Assembly: GCA_963751455.1 (NCBI GenBank)
Contig: CAVVUN010000011.1
Span: forward strand, 33,361 to 97,360
Origin: Nitrospirota bacterium
GTDB lineage: Bacteria > Nitrospirota > UBA9217
Reading direction: 5' to 3'
Length of the DNA: 64,000 nt
Both the position numbers and the translations under genes were made by a program. The notes below the pieces were generated by a model that worked only from the letters and a program-made list of their open reading frames with translations, did not search any database and was not told the DNA's origin. Shown here piece after piece: positions 1-10,187 of the stretch (position 1 is its first letter; each line of letters begins with the position of its first letter).

Positions 1-312
1 AAGCCCTGTTGGGCCTCGAGTATCATCAGTATTTTTGTTTGATTTTCAAGGACCGCTGTGCGTTGATCAGGCTTAGTTTTACTGCAGCTGGTGAGTAGCG
101 CAGTTGAATAAACAACGGCAAGGATCAGAACAAGCAGGCTTTTCCATTCACCGATCAAGCCGTACTTCACAGTACCCATATTTTCCTCCTCTCCGTCTTC
201 TTTTGCTACTGATTGCTTATGGGGCGGGGGCGGCGGCACGCCTGAAAATCAGCTCGAAGATACGCCAGGTGGAACCCAATCAGATTCTGCGCCGGTCTCG
301 ACAGGCACCCCT

Positions 313-1029
313 GTGGAGTCAACGATCACCGGTAATGAATCCCATTATTTTTCCTTTACCACGGGCGCATACAGCGGATCATACGGTGTTGCAGTTACCG
401 GGGCCGAGGCTGATATCAGTTGGGATCTCTACGCTGCCCCTGATTATTCGTCCGATTTCATTGCCAACTGCGATAAACACTTCACTGCAGTAAATGAAAT
501 CTGTTCCGTAACGCTGGAAGCAAATACAGCATATTACCTCAAAGTCAGGAGTTGGGACGACATCACGAGCACATATACCCTCATCGTGACTTTCCTTGAC
601 CCCGCAGCCGGGTGCGGCACCGGGCAGTGCATCAACTTTGAAAGCGGATCAGTCCCCGCGTCAATCATGGCCTCAGGAAATGCAGCCTGGGTAATCGATA
701 ATTCGACCGCGGCGTCAGGAAGCTACAGCATTCATTCCGGCGTCATCTCCGACAACGAGATGAGTTGCTTTGAATACACACCGTCGGGCAATACGGAAGT
801 TGTGCTCTTCAGTTTGAAGACGGACAGCGAGCTATGGGTTGATCAGCTCAAATTCTATATAGATGGAGTAAAACAATCCTCTTCATGGTCGGGATTAGAC
901 ACTCCGTGGGTCCGCGTTATTTTCGGGACGAGCGCGGGCTCGCATAGTTACAAGTGGTGCTACGACAAGGACGGCTCATTCTCGAAAGGAACAGACATGG
1001 TCTGGGTGGACGACATCGAATTCAGATAG
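313..1029 (+). CDS. Exported/lipoprotein-like protein with PPC-like and beta-sandwich domains; 5' end probably frameshifted
   Basis: 238-aa ORF whose frame stays open upstream (GGGGTPENQLEDTPGG). A signal-like LLLLLIAYG stretch lies in another frame at ~197-223. Motifs: ADISWDLY...YYLKV (PPC-like) and WCYDKDGS..GTDMVWVDDIEF. Confidence 0.55.
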   Translation: MESTITGNESHYFSFTTGAYSGSYGVAVTGAEADISWDLYAAPDYSSDFIANCDKHFTAVNEICSVTLEANTAYYLKVRSWDDITSTYTLIVTFLDPAAGCGTGQCINFESGSVPASIMASGNAAWVIDNSTAASGSYSIHSGVISDNEMSCFEYTPSGNTEVVLFSLKTDSELWVDQLKFYIDGVKQSSSWSGLDTPWVRVIFGTSAGSHSYKWCYDKDGSFSKGTDMVWVDDIEFR

Positions 1030-1108
1030 TTGCTTGATGCAAAGGCGTAAGGCCAAATAATCGCGGACTTCAATTGTCTTTGGATATCAACAGCTTCGGG
1101 GAGGTTAT

Positions 1109-4100
1109 ATGATGCAGGCAAAGAGATTCCTGTCGGGAGCAGTGTTGTTTCTTATCCTCATCGTATTCGGCAATCAGTATATCGAGGCCCAAAGCATTCC
1201 ATCTCCAACTCCTCTGACAAATAGCGGGCACGTGGAGACGGACACATTCGCCGGCAATGTTCACATCCCCAGCGGCAGAGTATTTTTTACCGAAACAGAC
1301 CTGACTGTGGATTCTCCGGGCATCCCGCTAATCATAGAGCGAAGCTACAACAGCGTAATCTATCCGGGACCAGACCCTGCCCGGAGTTTTTACACGAAAA
1401 ACCCGCTCGGAAAGGGTTGGACGCTTTCATTCTGGCTGCGCTTATTCGATGAGAGTGAAACGGTGACCCTGCTTGACAGTGAAGGAGAAATTTATGTTTT
1501 CACAAGGACCGAGAGCGGCGGCTATGTCGCGCCGCCGGGCTTCCCTGCGGTGCTTTCAAAAGAGAATGCCGGTTTCCAGCTCTTAACCAGTGAAAACCTC
1601 ATATTCAGGTTTTCGACTGATGGCTACCTCCTTTCCATCAGCAACTTACGCGGCCTGAGTCTGTCTCTTTCTTATGATGAATCAAATCGGATCAAGGAGA
1701 TTAGTGATACACTCAACAGGAAAACCTTTTTTACTTACCAGGATGAACTTTTAATCTCAATTCAATCTCCCGTGGGATTCATCGTATCCTATACGCACGA
1801 TTCAGAAAAACGCCTGATTAAAAAGACCGACACATTCGGAAACACGGTCGAATATGAGTATGAATCTTTGACTTCTAAACTCGCTAAAATCACAACTGCC
1901 GCAAACACGGTCCAGTACCAGTATGACAGCGACGGCCGGGTGGTGAAAGAGCTATCGACATCCGGCAAGAACGACTTCACCTATTCGACAGAGCTGCATC
2001 AGACCAACCGGACCGATAACGCAGGCGGCCTAACCATCTATACCTATAACGAAAACGGCCTGGTGACCCGCATTCAATCCCCAGACAGGTCTATTACGGA
2101 GTATACGTATGACGGAAACTACAACAGGACTTCCGTTATCAATCCGGATGGATCCGTTTCTCATAAACAATATGACGAAAACGGAAACGTTATTCAGGAA
2201 ACGGACAGCACGGGTAAGACCACGACCTATACATACGATGCCTATCTCAATCTCGTATCGTCCATCAGATACTTTGACGGCCGGACGGAGACATTCGTGT
2301 ACAACTCATACGGAGAGCTGGTGAGAAAAACAACTTCTGCCGGCACATCGACCTACACCTATAACGATTACGGCCAGCTTATAAACTATGAGGGACCGGA
2401 CGGGAAAAGCGCCACCACATACGACGAAAATCAACGAGTAAAGACATACATGGGTACAGACAACGTTACCATGACTTATACGTACGATCAGTACGGCAGG
2501 GTGACCGCAGAAGCGGGGTCGGACGGAAGCAGTAGAGCGATCACGTACGACGACCAGGGGAACCCGGTATCGGTCACCTACGAATGCGGGGCGAGCGAGA
2601 AGTTCGACTATGACGGAGCGGGAAGAGTGATTGCTGCGTATGATCTCAACGGGAACAAAACGGAATATACGTACGACGACCAAGGGAATCTCTCGGTGAT
2701 GAAAGACGCCCTCGGCTTCACCACGAAGTACACCTATGACAGCCGGAACAATGTGAAGTCCGTCACGGATCCCCGCGGCAACACAACCACCTTATTGAAC
2801 AATGACGCCGGTAAGCCGACATCGATCACCGACCCTCTTCAAAACGTTGTATCCCTGGCTTACGATCAGAGCAACAACATGACCGCCATTACAAACGCGA
2901 GAGGCCACAAAACGAAGATCACATATGACGCGAGCGCGAGAGTAACGAGCAGTGAGGACTCTGCGGGTGCAAAGACTATCTATACCTATGATTCGTATGA
3001 CAACGTGACACGCGTTGAAAGGCCGAACGGCGGCGTTACGCAGTTTTTTTACGTGCACAACGAGGCATTCAACGACCTCAGGATCCCGGACATGCTGCTC
3101 GGAGCTATTCCTTTGGACAAGCTAAAGATCGACAAAAAGAGCAGAATCACAAAAATAATCGACGCTGAAAACAACATCGCGATATACACCTACGATGCCA
3201 AGGGCAACCTGATATCGTCAAAAGACGCTAAGGGCAACTTTTCTACCTATACGTATAACGACAAGAACCAGATGATCAAAGCGACTGATCCGCTTGGCCA
3301 TTCCACTGCATTTCTGTATAATGATAAAGGAGACCAGTCATCGGTGACCGATCCGAATGAAATGAGCACATCGATGACATATTTCTACTGCGGAACGGTA
3401 AAGCGGGTTGCGTCCATTGTAGACCCGCTCGGCCGTGAGACGAAGTATCAGTACGACAAGATGGGCAACCTCCTTTCTGTGAAGCTGCCCGACGGAGCAA
3501 CGACCACCTATGTTTATGATGCCGTATACAGGTTAATATCCCAAAAAGACTCAACGGGCGCCGGTACAACTTACGGTTATGATGAAGGAGGCAACCTGAT
3601 TTCGGTAACCGACTCTCGGGGATACAAGACGACCTACGAATACGACTACCTGGGCCGCGTGACGGTAATAAAAGATCCTCTCGGCAACATTACCAGTATT
3701 GGCCGCGACCAAGTGGGTAATATCAACCAGGTGACGAATGCACTCGGCGAGCAAACGACAAACCTGTACGATCAACTTAACCGCACGACCGAAGTGATTA
3801 ACTCGCTCGGCCGGTCCTTCAAGTATGCCTACGATAATTCCGGGAACCTGTTATCCGTAACGGACCCAAAGGGGAATAAAAACGCCTATGGCTACGATAA
3901 ACTGAACCGTCTCTTGAACATTACGAATGCCCTTAATCAGAACACGCATTTTGAATACGATGCCCTGGGAAACCGCGTTGAAGTCAGGGACGCCAAGGGC
4001 CTTTCCAAACACTATGTGTATGACTCCGCGAACAGGCTTGTCAAAATTAAGAATGCGAAGGGCGGAGAAACGACCCTTTTCTACGACAACATAGGGAATG

Positions 4101-6838
4101 CTATTAAGAGCATCGACCCGAACGGCAATTCTACTACGTTTAGCTATGATGCTCTAAACCGCGTGACTAGAAAGCAGGACGCTTTTGCCAACGCGGTCTC
4201 GTATACGTATAATGCAGCAGGAGCGGTGACGACAATCACCGATCCCAACGGGAACGGGACGCAGTATGAGTACGATTCCATGGGCAGGCTGACAGCGGTC
4301 ATAGACGCTCTGGGAGAAAGGACCACCTACTCCTTCGACCCGGCGGGTAATCTCGTAAAGATATCGGACGCAAACGGGAACGCGACCGAATACGGCTATG
4401 ATCCCCTGGGAAGAATTGCGCAGGAGCTGAAACCGCTCGGGAACAAAACACTGTACGAATATGACGCCATCGGAAGACTGGCCAAGGTTACGACGCCGAA
4501 GGGTGAAGCAATCGAATATGTCTATGATGCCGCGGGAAACCTTATTACAAAGAAGCTGCCCCACGGCAACCATCTGCAGTTTACCCATGATGAACTGGGG
4601 AATACAATTTCCGCCCAAACGCCCTATTTCCGGGAAGAAATGAAGTACGATCCGCTGGGACGGCTTACCAAGAGGCGTGTCACAACCTGGGACAAAACAA
4701 CCGAGTATGCGTACGATCCGGTGGGAAACCTCACCCGCCTGACCGACCCGCTCGGCAATACGACCCATTATACTTATGACGAGATAGGGAAGGTTTCGGA
4801 GGTTACGGACGGACAGGGCAATAAGACTACTTTTGCCTATGATGCCGGCAGCAGGCTTGCGCAAAAGACCTATCCGAACGGGGTCAGCACCCTGTACAAA
4901 TGGGACGAGGCAAATCGGCTCATAACACTGATCGCCCAGTCACAGAGGTTCGGCCAGGTGAACGGCTACTCTTATCAATATGACAGCAGCGGCAACCGGA
5001 TAGCGGCCATCGAGGACGACGGCATCGGAACAACCTACGATTACGACGCATTAAACCGGCTCGTAAAAGTCAACTATGATTACGACAGTCTCATGAAAGT
5101 TCGAAACACCTGCCTGGTGCCGCCGTGCCCCAAGGGCAATGCCTGGGGCGCGGGAGGAGTGGACACGTCCATCTTCCCGAACCTTGAAGATCCGCTCCAT
5201 TATGAGAGTTTCACCTATGACAGCGTCGGCAACAGAGCAAGCCTGGAGCGTGATGGAGTTTCTGTATCTTATACCTTCGACAAGGCGAACAGGCTCCTGA
5301 ACGCAAGCGGAAAAGGACAGCCAGTTACGTTCGAGTACGATGAAAACGGCAATCTTGTAAAGGAAACCGGGCCGGACGGCGTGATCACGTACGCATACGA
5401 TGCCGAAGGAAAGCTCACCGAGGTCGTTCTTCCCGACGGCACCGGCATCAAGAATCTCTACGATGCTTTTGGGAGAAGGATCGTGACTGACGAAACCTAC
5501 TGGCAGAACAAGAACCATGTTTTCTTCGACGAAACGAAGATGCTGTACAGCGGCATGGGCTATTTGCCGGAAGCTCTGGGCAGGATGGGAGTGATAAATC
5601 CCTATCTGCCGGGATTATCCTCCGGGACATCGCCTATTGCGGGGCAGAATGTACTCATGGAGTTCACCGAGCAGGACAATCCGATGAATGCCTACATTTA
5701 TGCGAATGGCGAAATCATATCCAAGCGCATGTGGGGCTTCAAGGGAAGAAAAGACCCCGGTGCAGTCGGAAATATAAGGCATCGGGGCAATACTCTTTAC
5801 TACCATAGCGATGCCTTGGGAAGCGTCGTGGACATCACGGACCACCTTGGGGAAAACATCATCAAGAACCGCTACCTTGCTTTCGGCGCGCCGGTTGCCG
5901 GTGACTTCGCTCCCTACGGCAGGTTCGGGTTCGCCGGCATGCCGTTCGAGGAGAAAATAGGGAAATACTATGCCGGGAGCAGGTTCTATGACTACCAGGC
6001 GGGAAAGTTCCTGACTCCCGATTTTCATAAAGGCGGAATACTCACGCCGGCCTCGCTGCACCAATACATCTACGTTTTGAATAACCCCGTAATGTATATT
6101 GATCCAATGGGCTACGGCCTTCGAAAGTGGGCCAAGCGGGCGGTTCGAAAAGTCACCCAAAAGATGGGCCAGCAGCTTGATAGAGGTTCCAGATGGGCGA
6201 TGCGAAATGCAGTGAAAACCGTGCAAAGACTTCCTGACAATGCCGTGGGCAGTGTATTTAAAGGTTTGTTTGGCGCAGTTTATTCCACGGCAGCGTTCGG
6301 AACAATGATTGTCATGGCGCCGGTCAGTGCATTGATTGATCCGGCCTGGACGCAAAGCTACCTTCAACTGACGTACAATTTTACTCCGACCGGCCAGCTT
6401 CAGAACAAGCAACGAACAGGGGACTACGCAACGTTAGAGATGTTTGAGGGAGCCCCCTATGTTCGGGACAGTCTTTGGGGAGGCGGCCGAGGCCATGGCA
6501 CCACATGGGGACCAGTAGCGTTTATTGGGAGGACCGATCATCTTACGTCGACACAAGAACTTGCCTTGCTTCGCCATGAATATGGGCATATACTGCAATA
6601 TGAGGAGATGGGGGGCTGGCGCTACCAAAGGCAAGCGGATGATGGTGGATATGAAATGGGTGCCTTTGAGTGGGGTGCGGATGTGGCGGCCACGGAATAT
6701 TTCGATGTCGACGTGTGTGCATACCGACATGCATGCCATCCCAATGATCACTGTCACCGGATAGGATACATGTGCGTGAACGGCCAAGAACAATATTGTC
6801 CAAGTGGCGATTTAAGCAACTGCTTTGGGACGCCGTAA
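1109..6838 (+). CDS. RHS/YD-repeat protein with signal peptide, DUF6531-like N-domain, RHS core and C-terminal HExxH metallopeptidase-like toxin domain
   Basis: Dozens of YD/YTYD repeats. RHS core motifs YYHSDALGSV, RFYD..GKFLTPD and NNPVMYIDPMG. C-terminus contains HEYGH and FEWGAD. Hydrophobic N-terminal signal and GGAGG RBS. Confidence 0.92.
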   Translation: MMQAKRFLSGAVLFLILIVFGNQYIEAQSIPSPTPLTNSGHVETDTFAGNVHIPSGRVFFTETDLTVDSPGIPLIIERSYNSVIYPGPDPARSFYTKNPLGKGWTLSFWLRLFDESETVTLLDSEGEIYVFTRTESGGYVAPPGFPAVLSKENAGFQLLTSENLIFRFSTDGYLLSISNLRGLSLSLSYDESNRIKEISDTLNRKTFFTYQDELLISIQSPVGFIVSYTHDSEKRLIKKTDTFGNTVEYEYESLTSKLAKITTAANTVQYQYDSDGRVVKELSTSGKNDFTYSTELHQTNRTDNAGGLTIYTYNENGLVTRIQSPDRSITEYTYDGNYNRTSVINPDGSVSHKQYDENGNVIQETDSTGKTTTYTYDAYLNLVSSIRYFDGRTETFVYNSYGELVRKTTSAGTSTYTYNDYGQLINYEGPDGKSATTYDENQRVKTYMGTDNVTMTYTYDQYGRVTAEAGSDGSSRAITYDDQGNPVSVTYECGASEKFDYDGAGRVIAAYDLNGNKTEYTYDDQGNLSVMKDALGFTTKYTYDSRNNVKSVTDPRGNTTTLLNNDAGKPTSITDPLQNVVSLAYDQSNNMTAITNARGHKTKITYDASARVTSSEDSAGAKTIYTYDSYDNVTRVERPNGGVTQFFYVHNEAFNDLRIPDMLLGAIPLDKLKIDKKSRITKIIDAENNIAIYTYDAKGNLISSKDAKGNFSTYTYNDKNQMIKATDPLGHSTAFLYNDKGDQSSVTDPNEMSTSMTYFYCGTVKRVASIVDPLGRETKYQYDKMGNLLSVKLPDGATTTYVYDAVYRLISQKDSTGAGTTYGYDEGGNLISVTDSRGYKTTYEYDYLGRVTVIKDPLGNITSIGRDQVGNINQVTNALGEQTTNLYDQLNRTTEVINSLGRSFKYAYDNSGNLLSVTDPKGNKNAYGYDKLNRLLNITNALNQNTHFEYDALGNRVEVRDAKGLSKHYVYDSANRLVKIKNAKGGETTLFYDNIGNAIKSIDPNGNSTTFSYDALNRVTRKQDAFANAVSYTYNAAGAVTTITDPNGNGTQYEYDSMGRLTAVIDALGERTTYSFDPAGNLVKISDANGNATEYGYDPLGRIAQELKPLGNKTLYEYDAIGRLAKVTTPKGEAIEYVYDAAGNLITKKLPHGNHLQFTHDELGNTISAQTPYFREEMKYDPLGRLTKRRVTTWDKTTEYAYDPVGNLTRLTDPLGNTTHYTYDEIGKVSEVTDGQGNKTTFAYDAGSRLAQKTYPNGVSTLYKWDEANRLITLIAQSQRFGQVNGYSYQYDSSGNRIAAIEDDGIGTTYDYDALNRLVKVNYDYDSLMKVRNTCLVPPCPKGNAWGAGGVDTSIFPNLEDPLHYESFTYDSVGNRASLERDGVSVSYTFDKANRLLNASGKGQPVTFEYDENGNLVKETGPDGVITYAYDAEGKLTEVVLPDGTGIKNLYDAFGRRIVTDETYWQNKNHVFFDETKMLYSGMGYLPEALGRMGVINPYLPGLSSGTSPIAGQNVLMEFTEQDNPMNAYIYANGEIISKRMWGFKGRKDPGAVGNIRHRGNTLYYHSDALGSVVDITDHLGENIIKNRYLAFGAPVAGDFAPYGRFGFAGMPFEEKIGKYYAGSRFYDYQAGKFLTPDFHKGGILTPASLHQYIYVLNNPVMYIDPMGYGLRKWAKRAVRKVTQKMGQQLDRGSRWAMRNAVKTVQRLPDNAVGSVFKGLFGAVYSTAAFGTMIVMAPVSALIDPAWTQSYLQLTYNFTPTGQLQNKQRTGDYATLEMFEGAPYVRDSLWGGGRGHGTTWGPVAFIGRTDHLTSTQELALLRHEYGHILQYEEMGGWRYQRQADDGGYEMGAFEWGADVAATEYFDVDVCAYRHACHPNDHCHRIGYMCVNGQEQYCPSGDLSNCFGTP

Positions 6839-6850
6839 TATAAAAGTTTT

Positions 6851-7250
6851 CAGTTAGATCATAGTGGAGCCCCCTCCGGCAGGAGCCGGAGGCTCCCCTG
6901 AACAACGCGACCTCCCAGCGGACTACGGCGCATTACCCCCGGCAAGAGCCGGGGGATTGCAAGTCGCGGGATTCACATGGTGACCGTTATACCGCCGAGA
7001 ATTGCAGTTGCCGATGTTGTTCAGTTCATTAAGTCACAATCGGCAAAAAACTTAAGGCGAAATTTCCTTTTCTGCGAAAAACATATGCGAGCAAAGAAGG
7101 CATTTGGTCGCGAGGATACTGTGTATCGTGTATCGGCCTGAACGAAAAGGAAATTCTCGCCTATGTCGCCTATCAAGAAAAGAAAGACAAAGGGCAACTG
7201 CAATTAACGTTGTGATTTAAGAAACCCCCGGCTCCTGCCGGGAGGGTCAT
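6851..7250 (+). pseudogene. tnpA: IS200/IS605 tnpA (HUH Y1 transposase) 3' remnant with right-end hairpin
   Basis: Removing 6864-6971 restores LDHIHMVTVIPP...IKSQSAK[frameshift]LKAKFPFL...IWSRGYCVS..AYVAYQ. A CCCCGGCTCCTGCCGGG hairpin follows the stop. Confidence 0.85.
6864..6971 (-). mobile_element. 108-bp non-autonomous IS200-type miniature element, copy 1
   Basis: Exact reverse complement of 19807-19914, with two GC hairpins and no target duplication. Confidence 0.85.
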
Positions 7251-7438
7251 TCGTCTAGTCGCAAAATTGACCATGTTTAATATTTCCTTTCAGTAGTGTC
7301 TGGTTATCGTTTTTCTAATGTGCGATAACTCGCTGTCATTCAAAGATAAAAGAGACTGTATGCAACTTTTCGATTTGAACTTAATTTATCCAGAATCATC
7401 CTATAATCCACCTCATCTATGCATGAGGAGGGACGAAG

Positions 7439-8745
7439 ATGAATTCCGGAAAGACGGTTTTTGCTCAGCTGATCCAGCATCTACCACGGTACGAGTTCAA
7501 CCAATGCGTCCTTCGTTATCACGGCAATCACAAAGTCAGAAGCTTTTCATGCATGGATCAGTTTCTCTGCATGGCATTTGCCCAGCTGACCTATCGCGAA
7601 AGCTTGCGCGATATTGTAACGTGTCTCAACTCCCATCGACCAAAGCTTTACCACATGGGCTTTCGAGGGAAGGTCGCCAAATCCACGTTGGCGGACGCCA
7701 ACGAGCTTCGAGACTTCCGCATCTATCAGGACTTCGGCTATTTGCTCATCGACATCGCCAGCAAACTTTATCGGAACGAGGAGTTTGCCCGTATCCCATT
7801 TCGTCGATGAGGCAGCTAAATCAATCATTTGTTTTGTTGCCAATTTTTACCTCAAAAGGCGGGCAGTGGAAGCATCCCCGGTCAAGTGCAGAGCATATTA
7901 TCTCTCTTGATAAGGCGAGGATACGAGGCCTCGACCTGAAGCTCTCGGTCTTTGCGCTGGACTCAACGATCATCGATCTTTGCCTTTCCACGTTCCCTTG
8001 GGCGACGTTTCGGAAAAAGAAAGCAGCCGTCAAGATTCACACTTTGCTCAACGTGCAGGGATCGATTCCAACCTTTATTTTCGTGACTCCCGGCAGCGTT
8101 CACGATGTCAATATGATGGATACTGTCCCGTTCGAAGCCGAATCGGTCTATACAATGGATCGCGCTTACCTCGACTTCGAGCGACTTTACCAAATCGATC
8201 AACTGTCCGCGTTCTTCGTTATCAAGAGCAAAAGCAATACCCGGCTTCGTCGCGTCTACTCTGCTCCCGTGGACAAAGCCGACGGGGTGCAAGCCGATCA
8301 GACGGTTATGCTCATTGGCTACAAATCCCGCAAGGCTTATCCAGATCCATTTCGTCGGGTGCGCTATTACGACACCGAACGAAACAAACGCTTGGTGGTT
8401 CTTACGAACAATTTCCTTATCCCGGCCAAAACAGTCGCGGATATTTATCGCTCGCGTTGGCAGGTAGAGCTGTTCTTCAAGTGGATCAAGCAACACTTGC
8501 GGATCAAGTCGTTCTTCGGGACATCTCCGAATGCGGTCAAGATCCAAATCTGGATTGCCGTAAGCGTTTATCTCCTCGTGGCGATTGTCAAGAAGAGATT
8601 GAATCTGCCCGGCAGCCTCCACACAATTCTACAGATTTTGGAGGTCAACCTTTTTGATAAAATACCGATTTCTCAACTGGTTGAAGACACTATCAATCAC
8701 GAAAACGAATATCGCGACGATAATCAATTGAATCTATTTACGTAA
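7439..8745 (+). pseudogene. IS4 transposase split by a 140-bp insertion
   Basis: MNSGKTVFAQL...LYRNEEF continues in another frame as GLDLKLSVFALDSTIIDLCLS...MDRAY...YRSRWQVELFFKWIKQHL. Confidence 0.88.
7788..7927. mobile_element. 140-bp MITE-like insertion
   Basis: Ends CCCGTATCC...GGATACGAG (8/9 inverted match). Its removal restores TTT GGC CTC (F-G-L) in the transposase. Confidence 0.65.
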
Positions 8746-8797
8746 CAACCGGACACTACTGATTTCCTTTATATTGGTGCTTTTAAGGAGGCGCGAT

Positions 8798-9184
8798 ATG
8801 CTCGGGCAAATCTTAACAAAAAAACAGATGTATTCTCTTTGCCTAATTGTATTTGCCTTGCTGTTGCTTACGAGTTGTAAAGGTGCTACGGATTGCTCAA
8901 AGAGGATGACTGTTGAAGGGGTTGTTGCTGATTCAAGCACATCACAGCCGTTAAGCGGCGTAAATATCTTTAGTCAAGATGTTGATGTTCGAGACATTAC
9001 AGGTGAGGATGGGACATACAGCTTTACGGATTGGACCCTCGGAGGTTTTGTTGGCGATGTAGTTCGATATGAGAAAACCGGTTACCAGACGGCATATTCG
9101 GAGCCGGTTACCCAAGAGGAAACAGGATTTGATAGTTGCGGTGATTTTAGCATTACACGAAACGTAGCGATGATACCGCAATAA
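8798..9184 (+). CDS. Lipoprotein with carboxypeptidase-regulatory-like beta-sandwich (candidate RHS immunity protein)
   Basis: AAGGAGG RBS, lipobox LLTSC, and VEGVVADSSTSQPLSGV..TGEDGTYSF..EKTGYQT pattern. Confidence 0.7.
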   Translation: MLGQILTKKQMYSLCLIVFALLLLTSCKGATDCSKRMTVEGVVADSSTSQPLSGVNIFSQDVDVRDITGEDGTYSFTDWTLGGFVGDVVRYEKTGYQTAYSEPVTQEETGFDSCGDFSITRNVAMIPQ

Positions 9185-9481
9185 GTTGTTATGGGGCAAT
9201 CTGTGAAGAAACGTACAGTTGCGTGTATTAGCGTTTTTCGCGTAGAATCACAGCTTTTACGGATCAGCCGGCTATCAGACACTCGAAGCCGAACCTTTTA
9301 CAGTAGTAGAGGCCGGTTGTGACTTTGTGGTTCCATTGCTTTGATGCGCGACGCAATTCTGCAGCCAGAATAGAGAAAGTGCTGATCGGGGTACGATAAA
9401 CGAATTTACGGTACTTTCAAGGCGGGGTACATTACGTCAATAGCTGAGCCTTATACGGCTTCCGAAACAGGTGGCCGCGAG

Positions 9482-9625
9482 TCATGTGGATAGATTACTG
9501 TGACTCGTGACGCAGTCATGTATCCGCAGTGACCGCAGAGACCAGCTGCAGCGCGAGGGCAACTGGGCAGGATATGGTGAGCAGATAAAGAAACTGGAGG
9601 AGATCCTCAGGCGGCTGGCGAAATA
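9482..9625 (+). pseudogene. 3' fragment resembling a UPF0182 C-terminus
   Basis: QREGNWAGYGEQIKKLEEILRRLAK* with no start. Confidence 0.4.
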
Positions 9626-9697
9626 AAATAGTGCGCCGCCGGATATAAGAAATAAACGTCCCGCTCCTGCATGGATGCCGCTGGATAAAATAACGTT

Positions 9698-10039
9698 ATG
9701 ACAGAAAATAATTCCAGATTGGTCTATTCGACGGAGCACGCTGTCCCGAGGAAGGAGAAGCCGGCTGCTCGGAAGGTTACGACAGCCGTTGCTCCTTCAA
9801 AATGCAAGCTGAGTGTACGTCTGGACCGGAAGGGCAGGGGCGGCAAGTCAGTCACTGTCATAGATGGTCTTCAGCTTTCAATTGAAGACAGCGAAAAACT
9901 CCTGAAACAATTAAAGGCGAAACTCGGTACGGGAGGGGCCGTTAAAAACGACACGCTGGAAATCCAGGGAGACCATTGCGATGGAGTCCTGACCTTATTG
10001 TCCGGCATCGGCTACAGGCCGAAGCGTTCAGGTCGATAG
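9698..10039 (+). CDS. yciH: SUI1/YciH translation initiation factor-like protein
   Basis: RLVYSTE, RKGRGGKSVTVIDG, LGTGGAVK..IEIQGDH-type motifs. Confidence 0.9.
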   Translation: MTENNSRLVYSTEHAVPRKEKPAARKVTTAVAPSKCKLSVRLDRKGRGGKSVTVIDGLQLSIEDSEKLLKQLKAKLGTGGAVKNDTLEIQGDHCDGVLTLLSGIGYRPKRSGR

Positions 10040-10187
10040 CCGAAAAGCGTCTCTTTGTCACCCAGTTGCCATTCGTAGATCTATCTTCAGTTTCACCGTC
10101 GCCTTATTGTCGTTGTTCACGCTTCTAAGCCGGTTTCACCCGCGTAGTTTCCAGTCTCCTTTGCCTCCGCCACCCTACTGATGTATA

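Larger units (their letters stand above)
7291..8761 (+). mobile_element. IS4-family insertion sequence (DUF4372 + DDE transposase), disrupted
   Basis: Terminal IRs CAGTAGTGTC(T/C)GGTT and a 9-bp target duplication ATTTCCTTT (7282-7290 and 8762-8770). Confidence 0.9.

Noticed and set aside
1789-6905. Many antisense or alternate-frame ORFs within the RHS gene (and similarly within the VIT, kinase and transposase genes)
   Set aside because: These are shadow ORFs from codon bias, with no motifs or RBS.
7318-8745. Intact 475-aa transposase from the ORF track
   Set aside because: The N-terminus is off-frame read-through across the 140-bp insert; the real start is 7439.
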